Part shown: piece after piece, positions 60,586 to 62,344 of the stretch | How the letters are laid out: every line of letters begins with the position of its first letter | Numbering within the stretch: the stretch's first letter is position 1 | NCBI GenBank assembly: GCA_000277445.1 | Contig: AJWJ01000015.1 | Location: forward strand, 37,669 to 100,012 | Reading direction: 5' to 3' | DNA: 62,344 nucleotides | Source of the DNA: Polysphondylium violaceum | Taxonomy: Eukaryota | Program-made: the position numbers and the translations under genes | Notes under the pieces: model-generated | Told to the model about the DNA's origin: nothing | The model's database searches: none | What the model saw: the letters and a program-made list of their open reading frames with translations, nothing else

Positions 60586-62105
60586 TTAATAGAGTTGTTG
60601 TAATTGAGGTTTACCATTACTGTTGCTGCTGTTGTTTGGTGGTGGTGGACCAAGCGATGAGGTAGAGTTGGTTGGCGATTGTGACGAACGAATGACAGAT
60701 TGTACTTTTTTAACAGTGGCTTTAATCATAAATTGATCCCTAGAGAGTGATCTAACATTCTTTATATACTCTTCCAATGAGATACGATTGCTGTGGAGTG
60801 CTTTGTCCAAGTAATAGAGTAAATCCTCAATGGTCGAGTCGTCAGACACCAATTTCAACAATTGTTTGGAAAGTGAGTCCTTTGGTCCCAATATACTGTC
60901 GACATCAATCTCTCCCTCACTCTTGTCATTTTCTAATAACCAGTCATCCAATTGTTTAATCTTTTCTCTCAATTGTTGAATTTCATTATCATTTTGATTC
61001 TAGAATTTAAAGAGTGGTTAATAAGATGTCTTTATCTATATGTCTACCTCTACTACTGCGACACCAATACATACATTTTGCTGATTAATAGTTTGTTTTT
61101 CCAACTCGTATTTCTTTTTCAATTCAGACAATGAATCGTTGTGAGCTAAAAAGTTTTCAATCTCTTTGCCAGTGGTGTCATAGTACTTGGACAAGAGTTC
61201 TTGGAGTTTAATTGTACATTTTGAGAGTATCTCAATCTTGGGATCGACTGCAGGTATGGAGGGTAGGGGTTTGGCGATGGGTTTGGTGTCTGTGGGTTGC
61301 GTGGGTGGAGGAAGTGAGTTACTATTATTGTTATTGATTGGTGCTTTTTTAGAGATGGATGAGTCATATGAAGGTGGGGGTTGTTGTGTCGGTAATTGCT
61401 GTTGTTGCCAGCTGTTGTTGCTGTTGGTGTTGGGTGGTGCTATATAGTTTTTGTTTGTGGGTGAGGTACTGGCGTAGTTGTATGAGGGAGGGGGTTCGGT
61501 GGTGGCAGGAGGTGGTGGAGGCTGTCTGGTGGGTGGAGGTGAGGTATTTGTGTTTGACTGTTGCTGTTGTTGTTGAAGTGGAGGTCTGAGACTAAATGTA
61601 TCGCAAAGTAGCTTGATATACTGTCCCAATGTCGAGCTCATTGTCCAATTGTTCATGTATGGATGAAACACAATACCCTGCTCATTTACATGTGGATGGC
61701 TTTTAACAATATACATATCGGGTGTTGGATCCAACACCACCATCGGTGCCTCCATAGGATATGCCAGCGGCATCCAAATAACCACCGGTATGTAATAGGT
61801 TACATTATTATAATAGATGGGTATCGTTCCTTTCAAGAATATCAAGTTTCCTCTATCTATATACACAACACATGATTAATTAATATCTACTCTCTCACTC
61901 TCCTACTGCTGTGCTCACACACCTATACACTATACATACGACCTGCATTACCATAGTATGGTAAAAGATTTGGGAACAAATGAAAAGACTCTCTAACGTC
62001 TCTTTGTAATCGTACAGAGTCTCTGTAGATTTTAATCAACATTAAATAACTATTCAACGTAGATATCTTTGAATCGACATGAGAGGTTGTATACATGTAA
62101 TTCAT
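60586..62105 (-). CDS. tsg101: TSG101 / Vps23 (ESCRT-I) with UEV domain, Pro-rich linker, coiled coil and steadiness box; 3 exons (62105-61943, 61856-~61049, 60999-60586)
   Basis: Exon 1 ..YRDSVRLQRDVRESFHLFPNLLPYYGNA|. Exon 2 DRGNLIFLKGTIPIYYNNVTYYIPVVIWMPLAYPMEAPMVVLDPTPDMYIVKSHPHVNEQGIVFHPYMNNW (compare TSG101 [58 protein letters not shown]). Last exon ..ISLEEYIKNVRSLSRDQF (steadiness box). Confidence 0.85.
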
Positions 62106-62344
62106 TCTCTATCAATTTACAAAACTATGTCTAAATATATCCTACTATATTGATACTATTACTATTACTCTTACTATTCTAACTATTATGCTGATATTAT
62201 ATTACTATATGTAAACCTAAATTCTGATGTTGTATTGATGCCTAATCTTTATATTCTATACACTATACACACAATATCATTTATCAATATGAAGACACAC
62301 CAAAAAAAGTTATATTTTTAAAAAAAAAAAAAAAAAAAAAAAAA

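Noticed and set aside
1-62344. Mobile elements, CRISPR arrays, rRNA or tRNA genes
   Set aside because: No reverse-transcriptase, transposase or integrase-like ORFs, no LTR or TIR structures, no spacer-repeat arrays and no canonical tRNA cloverleafs were found. The only repeats are microsatellites, homopolymers and intragenic coding repeats.

Overview
The window is eukaryotic nuclear DNA from a dictyostelid social amoeba, most like Dictyostelium discoideum or a close relative. Intergenic and intron sequence is extremely AT-rich with long poly(A)/(T) tracts, introns are short (about 60-135 nt) with GTAAGT/GTATGT donors and AG acceptors, and proteins carry poly-N, poly-Q and poly-T tracts. The ORF track accepts TTG/GTG starts, so several listed 'M' residues are internal; exon joins below were rebuilt by hand from the sequence. 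About 28 protein-coding genes sit on both strands with no rRNA, tRNA or transposon. Recognisable genes are: an N-myristoylated F-box/LRR protein, a multi-pass membrane protein, an Amt/MEP ammonium transporter, a Rab8-like (Sas1/Sas2-type) GTPase, a coiled-coil PEPEPE-repeat protein with an AT-hook, two neighbouring LEA-like repeat proteins, a secreted Cys-rich protein, an ABHD11-like hydrolase, APC5, a CMSS1 homolog with an RGG/GAR domain, two tandem paralogs of an unknown single-TM family, Arp10/Arp11, an ELMO protein, a PX-PH-HKD phospholipase D, a FNIP-repeat protein, secreted GPI-like proteins, WDR33, a SETD6/SETD3-class SET protein, a vault-PARP-like protein (BRCT-PARP-VIT-vWA) and TSG101/Vps23. 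The best candidate for something new is an intron-containing gene at 44985-46085 whose core matches the bacterial type VI secretion tube protein Hcp; the Hcp-like region is itself interrupted by a spliceosomal intron. Other leads are the composite C-terminal tail of the vPARP-like protein (WH2-like, ribosomal P-stalk 'GFGLFD' and Pol II CTD-like heptad motifs), differential intron positions in the tandem TM-family paralogs, a frame break in the FNIP gene, a possible secreted deaminase-like protein, and strong per-gene variation in GC content.
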